From Minisyncoccia bacterium (GTDB lineage: Bacteria; Patescibacteriota; Minisyncoccia; Phycocordibacterales; UBA918): a DNA stretch of 64,000 nucleotides. The notes under the pieces are model-generated. The model worked only from the letters and a program-made list of their open reading frames with translations. It was not told where the DNA came from and ran no database searches. Made by a program: the position numbers and the translations under genes. The DNA lies in assembly GCA_041750655.1 (NCBI GenBank), contig JBGSYZ010000011.1:1794-65793 (forward strand), in the 5' to 3' direction. Below, piece after piece: positions 28,772 through 37,067 of this stretch (position 1 is the first letter of the stretch; each line of letters starts with the position of its first letter).

Positions 28772-29233
28772 CTATTTCTTGGTCGGTTTGGCTTGTTTAA
28801 TTTTAAGTTGAACCTTTGCTTTTTCTTCTGGTGCAAGCATTGGCAAAATTAAAATTAACACTCCATTTTTTATTTTAGCCTCAGCGTGGGTGATATCAAC
28901 ACTTTCAGGCAAAATGATTCTTCTATAAAAGTCCCCCCAAATACATTCTTCAGTGAAGAAAGCCCCGTCCACTTTTTTTCTGGGAAACGCAATATATTCA
29001 GGACGCAATCGCTTACCTTCAATCAACACAATGTCCGCATCACCCTCAATCGAAACATGCACATCTGATAGGTCGGCTCCCGACGCTTGGGCATACACCA
29101 CAATCAGATTATCTGACTGGAATACATCCACGTCGAGTTGCACGATTTTATCGAGAGCTGTTTCTTCCTCACTGGATTGCAGACGTTGATTTGCTCGAAC
29201 ACCCCGCCCCTTGAGTCTCTGTAAAAAGGACAT
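28772..29233 (-). CDS. Hsp20/alpha-crystallin family small heat-shock protein
   Basis: 153 aa. Alpha-crystallin domain features (...FPRKKVDGAFFTEECIWGDFYRRIILPESVDITHAEAKIKNGVLILILP...). Size and motif order are typical of bacterial sHSPs. Only 6 nt upstream of the cohesin-like gene, so probably co-transcribed. Confidence 0.7.
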   Translation of the reverse strand: MSFLQRLKGRGVRANQRLQSSEEETALDKIVQLDVDVFQSDNLIVVYAQASGADLSDVHVSIEGDADIVLIEGKRLRPEYIAFPRKKVDGAFFTEECIWGDFYRRIILPESVDITHAEAKIKNGVLILILPMLAPEEKAKVQLKIKQAKPTKK

Positions 29234-29590
29234 ATGACTATATTCTACTTCATTTTTATTTAAATCACTGGGATTTTATTAACAAGCTGTGGGTAAGGAT
29301 AAGTGTAAATTTTCTTAATAAAGACAGCAAAGAAAGATTTGTCAACTATAATCTCTATAACATTTAGTAGTAATGGGTAGTTAGCGCTCTCGAAATAAAT
29401 ATTTGGTTGAACATTTGTGCTTTTTTCACCTATCACCTCATATATCGGTGATTTCAGTCTGGAGACAGGAGCGGATGACTTGTAGTTTCAAAATATACTG
29501 AAATCTTAATGTAAAGTTCCTTTCCACCTCGGCCTGGTCGTACTCGCTATCGCTGCGTGCGACATCGGCCGCCCAGTCTAGGGACTGGAG

Positions 29591-29624
29591 CGGGTTAAAA
29601 AGTCCGCCAGGACTTTTTAACCCG
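29591..29624. other. Perfect 15-bp palindromic hairpin overlapping the stop codon of 29617..31455
   Basis: cgggttaaaaagtcc-gcca-ggactttttaacccg; the stop codon TAA (rc of 29617..29619) lies inside the 3' arm. No adjoining U-tract on either strand. Confidence 0.4.
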
Positions 29625-31455
29625 TCCATTGGAATAGAAGAATTGAGAAGTCGGTGAGTGAAGTGTTGCCATCGCGGTTTATGTCAGCCGGTGGGTTTGA
29701 ATCTCCACCATTAGTCCCCCACCAGAAAAGTAAAATCGAGAAGTCTATCAAGTTTACTTTTCCATCACGATTGAGGTCAGCATTAAGCACTGAAGCTGTT
29801 TCACCAACTCCGTAAAAGGTATAGTCAGAAAATCCAGTTGACACGCCTCCTGCCTGAGTGGCTCTGGCTCTAATTTTGTAGGTACCTTTAATAAAACCAT
29901 CAGTAGGAATACTTAACGTCCACTTACCATCATTACCAGAATTGGCAGTAAATGTCTTCTTTGAGGCAGTTGTTTTATCATGTTCGTTTTCGATAGTGAC
30001 GGTAGCGTTTGGTATGGAGTATCCAGAAACCGTCAGAGTCTGTCCGGGGTCAACCGGATTCGGGTTTACCGAAATTGAGGGCATGATATTAATATTGGAA
30101 AGTGTGGAGGTACGACCACCAGTCACTGTGAAGGTAGTGGTGAACGTTGTTGAGCGAACATTATTTCCATCGATAGCATAAATACCAAAGCTATATACGC
30201 CACGAGCAATAGCATCAAGGGTGACCGCAAACTTACCGTCACTGCCGGCTGTGCCTATTTGAGCAGAGGCACCATCAACCATAACGACCACTTTTTTATT
30301 AGGGAAAGCGTATCCATTAATAATCACTTTTGCGTCACCACTTGGATACGCATCATCAGTAGTTTCCAACCCACCACCTCCTTGATTACCTGTATCGCCT
30401 CCTGTTCCGCCGCCGGACCCGCCGCCGGAGCCTCCAGAACCACCGCCGCCGGTATTTCCGCCACTACTCCCAGAACCGGAACCAGAACCGCCGGTACCAG
30501 AACCGCTTCCATCATCGCTACCTTGAGTAGAAGTGCCGTTGTCACCCGGATTACCAGTCGGCGGCGCATCAATTGAAAACGAAATCAAATAATCATCAAT
30601 ATTTTGGTTACCCTCATCATCCTCACAACGAACAAAGTAATTATACGAAGTACTGGTAGCCACCGGTGTTTCAAAGCTATGAATAATTGAGCCAGTCACT
30701 GAAAACACACCGCCCATAGAAGCATAGGGTGTGCCGGAAGCAGTCGAGTAACGACAAACAGCAAACTCGTCAGTATTTAGTGACACAATTACATTTAGGG
30801 TCGTACCAGAAAGCAACCCATTGGGGGCACCGTTAAAACGTAATGGGGGCACTGTTTCAGTTGTGTCCACTGGACCAAGTGTAATTTGATCAACAATAGC
30901 AATCCAACCACGAACACTTATATCATTGGAGCCTCCCTTTTCAATAAAAATCGGATGCGAAGAAGTGGCGGTAGGATTAATTATACTGGCATCGGTGGTC
31001 GTTGAATTTGAAGTATGATTACCAACCAACATTCGTATATAAGAACCGGCTGGTATACCCGATGTACTGTTTAGAGTGACCGTTACATTTCCCGAAGTTC
31101 CAGTTGTGATACTCACTCCATCTGTTGAGGTGCTGGTGGTCGTACCGGTATCTCTTTGTATATAGCCACCACCTGAATCAACAAAAAGTTCAACCTGATT
31201 GATACCAAAGTTAGTAGCCGGGATAGTAAACGTGCCTGGTTCGGGTCTAAATCGCACATAATCACCTGGCTGTAAAGCAGTCGTGGTTTTAAATTGGATG
31301 GTATGTGTCGAGGTAGCCGCCGGTGCTGAAGTACCCAAAGTATCTTTATATTCAACAATATTAGCATCAACACTGTACGGAAAAACAGAAAAAATCATTA
31401 GCAGGGAAAAAGCCAACCATACATACCCAAAAAGACTGCGGACCATTGCGCTCAT
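29617..31455 (-). CDS. Secreted Ig-like-repeat protein with Gly/Ser-rich linker and C-terminal double dockerin repeat
   Basis: 612 aa. Signal peptide (LAFSLLMIFSVFPYSVDA). GS-rich linker (GSGSGTGGSGSGSGSSGGNTGGGGSGGSGGGSGGGTGG; GC-rich DNA at ~30360..30550). C-terminus ADLNRDGKVNLIDFSILLFWWG...ADINRDGNTSLTDFSILLFQWTG is two canonical dockerin Ca-binding segments (nt ~29617..29800). Confidence 0.65.
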   Translation of the reverse strand: MSAMVRSLFGYVWLAFSLLMIFSVFPYSVDANIVEYKDTLGTSAPAATSTHTIQFKTTTALQPGDYVRFRPEPGTFTIPATNFGINQVELFVDSGGGYIQRDTGTTTSTSTDGVSITTGTSGNVTVTLNSTSGIPAGSYIRMLVGNHTSNSTTTDASIINPTATSSHPIFIEKGGSNDISVRGWIAIVDQITLGPVDTTETVPPLRFNGAPNGLLSGTTLNVIVSLNTDEFAVCRYSTASGTPYASMGGVFSVTGSIIHSFETPVATSTSYNYFVRCEDDEGNQNIDDYLISFSIDAPPTGNPGDNGTSTQGSDDGSGSGTGGSGSGSGSSGGNTGGGGSGGSGGGSGGGTGGDTGNQGGGGLETTDDAYPSGDAKVIINGYAFPNKKVVVMVDGASAQIGTAGSDGKFAVTLDAIARGVYSFGIYAIDGNNVRSTTFTTTFTVTGGRTSTLSNINIMPSISVNPNPVDPGQTLTVSGYSIPNATVTIENEHDKTTASKKTFTANSGNDGKWTLSIPTDGFIKGTYKIRARATQAGGVSTGFSDYTFYGVGETASVLNADLNRDGKVNLIDFSILLFWWGTNGGDSNPPADINRDGNTSLTDFSILLFQWTG

Positions 31456-31508
31456 TACCCATATTATGACACGTTAAAAACTGTCTTTTATAGGATGTTC
31501 ACGGGTGG

Positions 31509-32315
31509 CTATTTCACACAACGAAAACCGATGGCGTCGCCAATCATATCTCCAGGGACATCGGCATGAACAGCATACACACCAGCATCATCACCACTTC
31601 CATAAAAACCACCTCTCATAATAGCCCATACTGAATTCTGATTGGTCCAAATGTAGTCATTGCCGTATTGCTCACTGCGAGTGGTAGTACTGGTCACAAT
31701 TGCAATACCTGAGGTATCAGCCGAAATAACATATCCTGTTTCAGGTAAATTTCTATCTTTCAACTTACCAGATACAACTTCATCACTGGTCCACTCCCAT
31801 ACATTACCTACTGTATCAAATACGCCGACAGCGGATTTACATTCCAAATTTTTTCCTGTTTCTGTTACCCCAGCTGTATCTATATTACACAAATCATTGT
31901 CCGGAGTACCAAGTGCTATCATGTGCCACTCTTCAGAGGTTGGCAGTCTCTTATCAGATTTAAGACACAAGGCAGCCGCTTGATCTCTTGTGACTGAGCG
32001 CCACGGCTTGGAACCTACTTTTGAAATTGCTTCACAACTTGAATTTTGAATATTTTCTAAAGTTGTTTTGGCATTATTTGGATTTGCATACAGGCAATTA
32101 GCAGAAGGGGAAGCTTCATACTCGTCAACACAGGTAAAACTAGCAGCGGTGGAAACCTCAATCATCCCCGCTGGACAGGTACCACCTGGGGCACCAATCA
32201 GTTGACCAAGCAACGTTGTGCGAGATCCAGAAAGTGTATCGGCCGCATCAATGCCGAGCGCAGTAATGACCGTAGCTCCAACCAAAACTAGAATTATTTT
32301 AAAAATTGATTTCAT
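31509..32315 (-). CDS. Secreted FGE-sulfatase/SUMF1-type (formylglycine-generating-enzyme fold) domain protein, tandem paralog 1 of 3
   Basis: 268 aa. N-terminal TM/signal. GNVWEWTSD motif, RGGFYGSG, C-terminal GFRCVK: the hallmark motifs of the FGE-sulfatase (C-type-lectin-like) domain. Confidence 0.75.
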   Translation of the reverse strand: MKSIFKIILVLVGATVITALGIDAADTLSGSRTTLLGQLIGAPGGTCPAGMIEVSTAASFTCVDEYEASPSANCLYANPNNAKTTLENIQNSSCEAISKVGSKPWRSVTRDQAAALCLKSDKRLPTSEEWHMIALGTPDNDLCNIDTAGVTETGKNLECKSAVGVFDTVGNVWEWTSDEVVSGKLKDRNLPETGYVISADTSGIAIVTSTTTRSEQYGNDYIWTNQNSVWAIMRGGFYGSGDDAGVYAVHADVPGDMIGDAIGFRCVK

Positions 32316-32324
32316 AAACCATTA

Positions 32325-33146
32325 CTACGTGTCAGCGACACAGCGAAAACCAACCGCCGAACCAGAAAAATTAAGTTCGACATCAGCATGAATACTATAT
32401 ATTCCCGCATCAGAACCACTTCCGTAGTAACCACCACGCATTGTTGCCATTATTCCATCTGGTCGTGACCAGAAATAGTCATCATGGAACATGACTTGTG
32501 CATCTTCTGATGTTTCAGTAGCTACTCCAGCACTGTCAGCATTAAGTACGTATCCAGATACAGGTAGTGGTCGATTATTATATACACCATCAACTACATC
32601 TCCAGAAACCCACTCCCACACATTGCCAATCATATTAATTGCCTGCGCTGCTGATTTACAATCTGAGTTTTTGTCAGCCGGTAGTACTGAATTGCCGTTG
32701 ACTGAACACTTTGATTCATCAGTTCCTAACGAGGCTTTATACCACTCTGTCTGATTAGGTAATCGTTTCCCTGCTTTGGCGCATAGTTCAACCGCCTGAT
32801 GATACGTAACATACGTCCATGGTAGTGCGTCCTCTACACTCTCTGGTAGACAACTAGCTTGTTGAATATTTTCTGCACTTTGTGAAGCATGACCAGGATT
32901 TTTTACAGGACAGTCTCGACCTACTGCTACTTCATACGTATCAATACAATAATCATCAACTCCATTTTCAACAAAAGCCATCCCGACTGGGCAACCACCT
33001 TCAGTCGCTCTATCAGCCAATAGTCCAAGAGCCGACTGAGAACCAGTAAGATACTGAGAGGCATCAATACCAAAACTGGTTAGTACCACAATACCAACCG
33101 TCACCATCAAAAAGCGAGCGCCGTTTTTAAACCACCTCATATACAT
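32325..33146 (-). CDS. Secreted FGE-sulfatase/SUMF1-type domain protein, tandem paralog 2 of 3
   Basis: 273 aa. GNVWEWVSGD, RGGYYGSGSDAG, GFRCVADT. Same architecture as its neighbours. Confidence 0.75.
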   Translation of the reverse strand: MYMRWFKNGARFLMVTVGIVVLTSFGIDASQYLTGSQSALGLLADRATEGGCPVGMAFVENGVDDYCIDTYEVAVGRDCPVKNPGHASQSAENIQQASCLPESVEDALPWTYVTYHQAVELCAKAGKRLPNQTEWYKASLGTDESKCSVNGNSVLPADKNSDCKSAAQAINMIGNVWEWVSGDVVDGVYNNRPLPVSGYVLNADSAGVATETSEDAQVMFHDDYFWSRPDGIMATMRGGYYGSGSDAGIYSIHADVELNFSGSAVGFRCVADT

Positions 33147-33196
33147 TTATTGTAGCACTCAACTAACCAAACCAGCTGTATTTATAAAGAAAAATT

Positions 33197-34000
33197 CTAT
33201 ATATCTTTTACACACCTAAAACCAAGTCCGTTAGTACGCAAATCAAACGGTACCGCTAGATTTTGAGCAAAAATACCAGCATCCTCTTCTCCGTCATAAA
33301 AACCACCTCGAATCATCCCGAACACACCATTTTTATTAATCCATGCATAATCGTTACCAAAATTAGATTGTGGACTAGAATCTGTTTCCACTACCACGCC
33401 ACTATTATCTACAACCTTAACGTAACCGGCTTCAGGTAAGTTTCTATCCTCGTATTTGCCGTCAGTCACAGATTCGTCTACCCATTCCCACACATTACCG
33501 ACTAAGTCATATAGACCAGCTTCTGTCTTACAATTGGTTGAAGCAGTCTTTTGTGGTTGTTTCTGATTTACCACACAAGAATCTTGATTTTGTAGGGTTA
33601 AGCTAAGTTTGTACCATTCTGATCCAGTCGGTATACGCTTCCCCACCCGAGCGCACAATTGCTGGGCTTCAGTTAATGACACAAAGCGCCACGGCACAAC
33701 ACCTGAACGAGATTCTGGTACGCAACTTTTTTCCAAAAGATTTCCAGCCGTATCAGCAGCCGTGTTGGTCTCAGGGTACGGACACGCAGCGGAGACACTA
33801 GCTTCAAAATTATCTACACATAAGCTATTGCCAGACATTTGCATAAGGGTTGCACCTGTTCCACAAATATTTACTTGTTCAGAGACCAATCCTGGTAAAG
33901 AACCTTCTATACCTCGGAGGATATCGCTCGCTTGAATTGCTAAGGTCGAAAGAACCAGTGCTCCCACACCAATGGCGGTTCCCTTAATTACCCTTCGCAT
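33197..34000 (-). CDS. Secreted FGE-sulfatase/SUMF1-type domain protein, tandem paralog 3 of 3
   Basis: 267 aa. GNVWEWVDESV, RGGFYDGEEDAG, GFRCVKDI. Confidence 0.75.
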   Translation of the reverse strand: MRRVIKGTAIGVGALVLSTLAIQASDILRGIEGSLPGLVSEQVNICGTGATLMQMSGNSLCVDNFEASVSAACPYPETNTAADTAGNLLEKSCVPESRSGVVPWRFVSLTEAQQLCARVGKRIPTGSEWYKLSLTLQNQDSCVVNQKQPQKTASTNCKTEAGLYDLVGNVWEWVDESVTDGKYEDRNLPEAGYVKVVDNSGVVVETDSSPQSNFGNDYAWINKNGVFGMIRGGFYDGEEDAGIFAQNLAVPFDLRTNGLGFRCVKDI

Positions 34001-34400
34001 AGGTCACCTGATTTTTATTTTTGTTGTCTCGGACAAAATCCAGAGCGTAGTTAAGGATGATAAGTGTCAGCAGGATAAAAAGAATAATACTTAAGATAAA
34101 GGTGGAGGTGTCGGGAGATTGAGTGGCGAGAGGATTTGAATTCAATGTAATCTCTCGTTCTTTTACTTCTTGTTCACGCACATTTAGTTCTTGCTCTTTT
34201 TTGGTAAGCTCGGCGGTCATTAAGCTAAGCTCGGTTGCTTCCACACCAGCTGAAACCCCGATCACGTTACCTAAATACAATTGGGTATTGTGGGAGAGTT
34301 CTTTAGTTATTGGTAGTACAAAACCGCTATCAAACAATAAAACCAAAGCCACTGCGGCGCTCGCTACACGTAACAAGCTGTGATACAGAGAATGCTGCAT
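33984..34400 (-). CDS. Small membrane protein with coiled-coil segment (hypothetical)
   Basis: 138 aa. TM near the N-terminus (AAVALVLLFDSGFVL), central KKEQELNVREQEVKEREI coiled-coil, C-terminal TM (FILSIILFILLTLIILNYAL). Overlaps the upstream gene by 17 nt. No recognisable family. Confidence 0.4.
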   Translation of the reverse strand: MQHSLYHSLLRVASAAVALVLLFDSGFVLPITKELSHNTQLYLGNVIGVSAGVEATELSLMTAELTKKEQELNVREQEVKEREITLNSNPLATQSPDTSTFILSIILFILLTLIILNYALDFVRDNKNKNQVTYAKGN

Positions 34401-34420
34401 ATTATCTATATGATAACAGG

Positions 34421-35479
34421 TTATGCAAAGAGTATCAGCAATAAGATGAGGAATAGTGCTGTGACAGTGAGTAGTACAATAGACACAAGCATAAGCATAG
34501 ATAGTTGTTTGCTCTTGCGCTGTCGGCGCACAAGCTGTCTACGGGCACCAGAAATTTGTTGTACAGCCCTGCGAACGTACAAACGAACTGCAAAGTAACT
34601 TACTAATAGCAGTACAACTAATATAATCAGCGCCGGACCAATAATTTTCATTGGTAATATCCAAAATGAGACCGTAGCATCAATGGTACGATTGCCGCCG
34701 TCTGCCTCGTATACGAGCGCGAGGACAGCCTGGTATCGCCCAAAACCTGGATTCTCATCAGCCCAACTTTGAGTAAAGTCGCGAATGGTGCCCGGGAAAA
34801 CACCAGCCTCAGTGTCATTAAAGGTAGCGGTATGAACACGACGTCCAAACATATTAAACACCTCTAACGGACCAGTAGGGCGCACCAACACTGTACCGGT
34901 ATTCTGGATACGAACATTAAACTTTACATCAGTACTGCCGTGAATTATCTTTTCTGTTGAAAACTCTCGTATCTGAGCACTCACCGTTGCATCACCAGAA
35001 ATTCTGATACTAACAATACTGGCTACATCATAACCAACACTGGCCCCAATTTCCCTAAATTTTGGTGGTTCAACAGAAACAAAGACGCCACCAAAGTGAC
35101 TACCTGGGGTCGCATTATCTGGTATGTTGATAGTAAATTGTAAATTCTTTTTTCCACCAGCTGGAAGCGTAATCGGTTCAGATGGTAAATCTAGCCAAGT
35201 ACTCAATTCAAAGCCAGTTAATTCTTGACCGGGTTTGGCGAACTCAGGAGCGTTGCCATCACGTACTCCGACAATGTCACGCGCGAAAATATAATATAGT
35301 TGCTCCTTATCACTAAGGTTAGTAATTTCAATCTCTTCATTAATTACTTCTCCAGGATCAGCCGCTGCCTCAATGGTGGCTCGGTTAATACTAATTCCAG
35401 CTGAGCTCTGCGCTAGGGTTACATTTGGTATCAGTAAGACAAAAAAAAGAACCAGTGAAGTTGCTTTAAATAAGTTCAT
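34421..35479 (-). CDS. Cell-surface protein, signal peptide plus C-terminal TM/basic tail (paralog of 1034..1978)
   Basis: 352 aa. Signal MNLFKATSLVLFFVLLIPNVTLAQS. C-terminal PALIILVVLLLVSYFAVRLYVRRAV followed by a second hydrophobic segment. Same design as 1034..1978 (DUF916/CscA-like architecture; inference only). Confidence 0.55.
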   Translation of the reverse strand: MNLFKATSLVLFFVLLIPNVTLAQSSAGISINRATIEAAADPGEVINEEIEITNLSDKEQLYYIFARDIVGVRDGNAPEFAKPGQELTGFELSTWLDLPSEPITLPAGGKKNLQFTINIPDNATPGSHFGGVFVSVEPPKFREIGASVGYDVASIVSIRISGDATVSAQIREFSTEKIIHGSTDVKFNVRIQNTGTVLVRPTGPLEVFNMFGRRVHTATFNDTEAGVFPGTIRDFTQSWADENPGFGRYQAVLALVYEADGGNRTIDATVSFWILPMKIIGPALIILVVLLLVSYFAVRLYVRRAVQQISGARRQLVRRQRKSKQLSMLMLVSIVLLTVTALFLILLLILFA

Positions 35480-35557
35480 AAATAGGTTCTGCTATTTTAG
35501 CATTAATGGCTATAGTTTCGACTTAACACCTGTATATAAGAGAGGGTGTCTACAAAA

Positions 35558-35585
35558 CAAAAAGACCCCGAAGGGTCATTTTGTT
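35558..35585 (-). terminator. Intrinsic terminator downstream of 35615..36748
   Basis: acaaaacaaaaa-GACCCC-gaa-GGGTC-attttgtttgg: stem-loop with an A-run before and a T-run after (bidirectional), located between convergent or co-directional genes. Confidence 0.5.
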
Positions 35586-35614
35586 TGGCATTACTATCCT
35601 TAAACTAACTTAGA

Positions 35615-36748
35615 TTAGAAGGTCGGTGTAGCAATGTAAGTAAGTGTCGTGTTGTAGTCATTTCCAGCTTCCTGGAGTGGAGAGATTTGGATTTGGTAAC
35701 CAATAGTGGTTGAACCAATATCGTTGGTCACTCCGTCAGTAGCACTCGCATGAGTAAAGATAATTCGGGGAGTGGTACTGGCAGCGACCCAACGGTCGTT
35801 AACTCCAGCATTGTATCCATCGTCATCTGAGGTAAGCCCCCAGTGACCCCATGTATTATCTTGTGCGATGTTGTTACCCGGCGCAGTCCATGCAGTTGGC
35901 GTATCCAGGTATGAACCGTTAGTGAAACTGTCAATAACTGCTCCCGTTGATGACTGTAGGTCCTGACTTTGCTCAACCGTTACCACGAAGCCGTTGGCGG
36001 CGTTGGTATCAACGTTTAGCTGGTGAGCTAAAGTTTTTGATACGTTTGAGGTTAGGACCCCAAATGGTAACGAAGTCGAGTCAGTACTAGCAGTAGTGGT
36101 AGTGGCCACTCCCGGAATGACAAATCCAGATGGAGTACCGTTAACTACGAAGTCAAATCGAGTTGGTACTGAAGCTGTAACTAAGACTGAGTCAGTGATA
36201 GCAATTCGAGTTTGACCTGAATCTGGAATTGTACCGGCAATATCTACTGTGTATGAAGTTGTCGCAGTAGGATTCACAATCTGATTTACACCAGCTAATG
36301 TGTGGTCACCAATTCTGACTGTGAGTCGAGAACTAGAGGCTACGTTGTCAGTTGGAGAAGTAAGACGCAAACTTTGGGCATCTGGAGTTACAAGAGTTAG
36401 ACCAAACACTCCTGCTCCGGCAGCTGCTGCTGTTGCTGTTGCTGCTCCATTTATAGCAACGTCAACATCTCCTGCTGCTAGTGCTGAGAGATCAATCCCA
36501 GCTTCGAAAGTAATATCAAGTGTTTGACCTGATACCATTCCGTTAGGAAGAATAAAGTCGAGTGTATGGTTGGCTGGTTGATCGGAAACAGAGTCGCTAA
36601 TGAGATCACTGAATTCAATGACGTTAGCAGCTTTGGCTTGTTTACCGATGAACTGAGCTCCAACCATCCACAACAATAACGCAGTGGCTAAAAGCATCGC
36701 GATTGCTTTAGAGCCGGCGTCATTGTGAGATGAATAAGAAACGAACAT
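35615..36748 (-). CDS. N-terminally anchored Thr/Ala-rich surface protein, possibly with WxL-like C-terminal domain
   Basis: 377 aa. TM AIAMLLATALLLWMVGAQF. C-terminal ...NTWGHWGLT...NDRWVAAS...YNTTLTYIATPTF weakly resembles the two-motif WxL surface-anchoring domain that co-occurs with DUF916-type proteins in Firmicutes csc clusters. Low confidence. Confidence 0.45.
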   Translation of the reverse strand: MFVSYSSHNDAGSKAIAMLLATALLLWMVGAQFIGKQAKAANVIEFSDLISDSVSDQPANHTLDFILPNGMVSGQTLDITFEAGIDLSALAAGDVDVAINGAATATAAAAGAGVFGLTLVTPDAQSLRLTSPTDNVASSSRLTVRIGDHTLAGVNQIVNPTATTSYTVDIAGTIPDSGQTRIAITDSVLVTASVPTRFDFVVNGTPSGFVIPGVATTTTASTDSTSLPFGVLTSNVSKTLAHQLNVDTNAANGFVVTVEQSQDLQSSTGAVIDSFTNGSYLDTPTAWTAPGNNIAQDNTWGHWGLTSDDDGYNAGVNDRWVAASTTPRIIFTHASATDGVTNDIGSTTIGYQIQISPLQEAGNDYNTTLTYIATPTF

Positions 36749-37067
36749 GTTCTTTGTATTTTAATTACTAAATAACTTTCTCTACACTGTACCTCGCGGT
36801 CAGATGTATCGATGATGTGACGTTGTGGAGATGTAGTTCACTTACTTTATAAAACGTCAGCCGCTTTATATAAGTTCACTACCGCCCAATCATCTTCTAC
36901 CCTTAATTATACCGGACATTTATAAGACTTGTCCGTAATTACTGTTGATAACGGTCATTATATAAATATTTTACGTAAACTAGATTACAGCTGTATTTTA
37001 AATTATATTACGTGTCTTTGATTTCAATATTTTGACCTATAGAGACACCCACTAAAGTACATTTCCT

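Noticed and set aside
29381-29389. CIRCE (HrcA) operator upstream of the hsp20 gene
   Set aside because: Only one half-site-like sequence (TTAGCGCTC) is found. The required inverted partner GAGTGCTAA 9 nt away is absent.
31456-34000. Diversity-generating retroelement targeting the FGE-sulfatase paralogs
   Set aside because: No reverse transcriptase ORF, no ~100-bp template repeat nearly identical to any of the 3' ends, and the C-terminal segments are not Asn/AAC-rich. The paralogs are diverged throughout, not just at A-templated positions.
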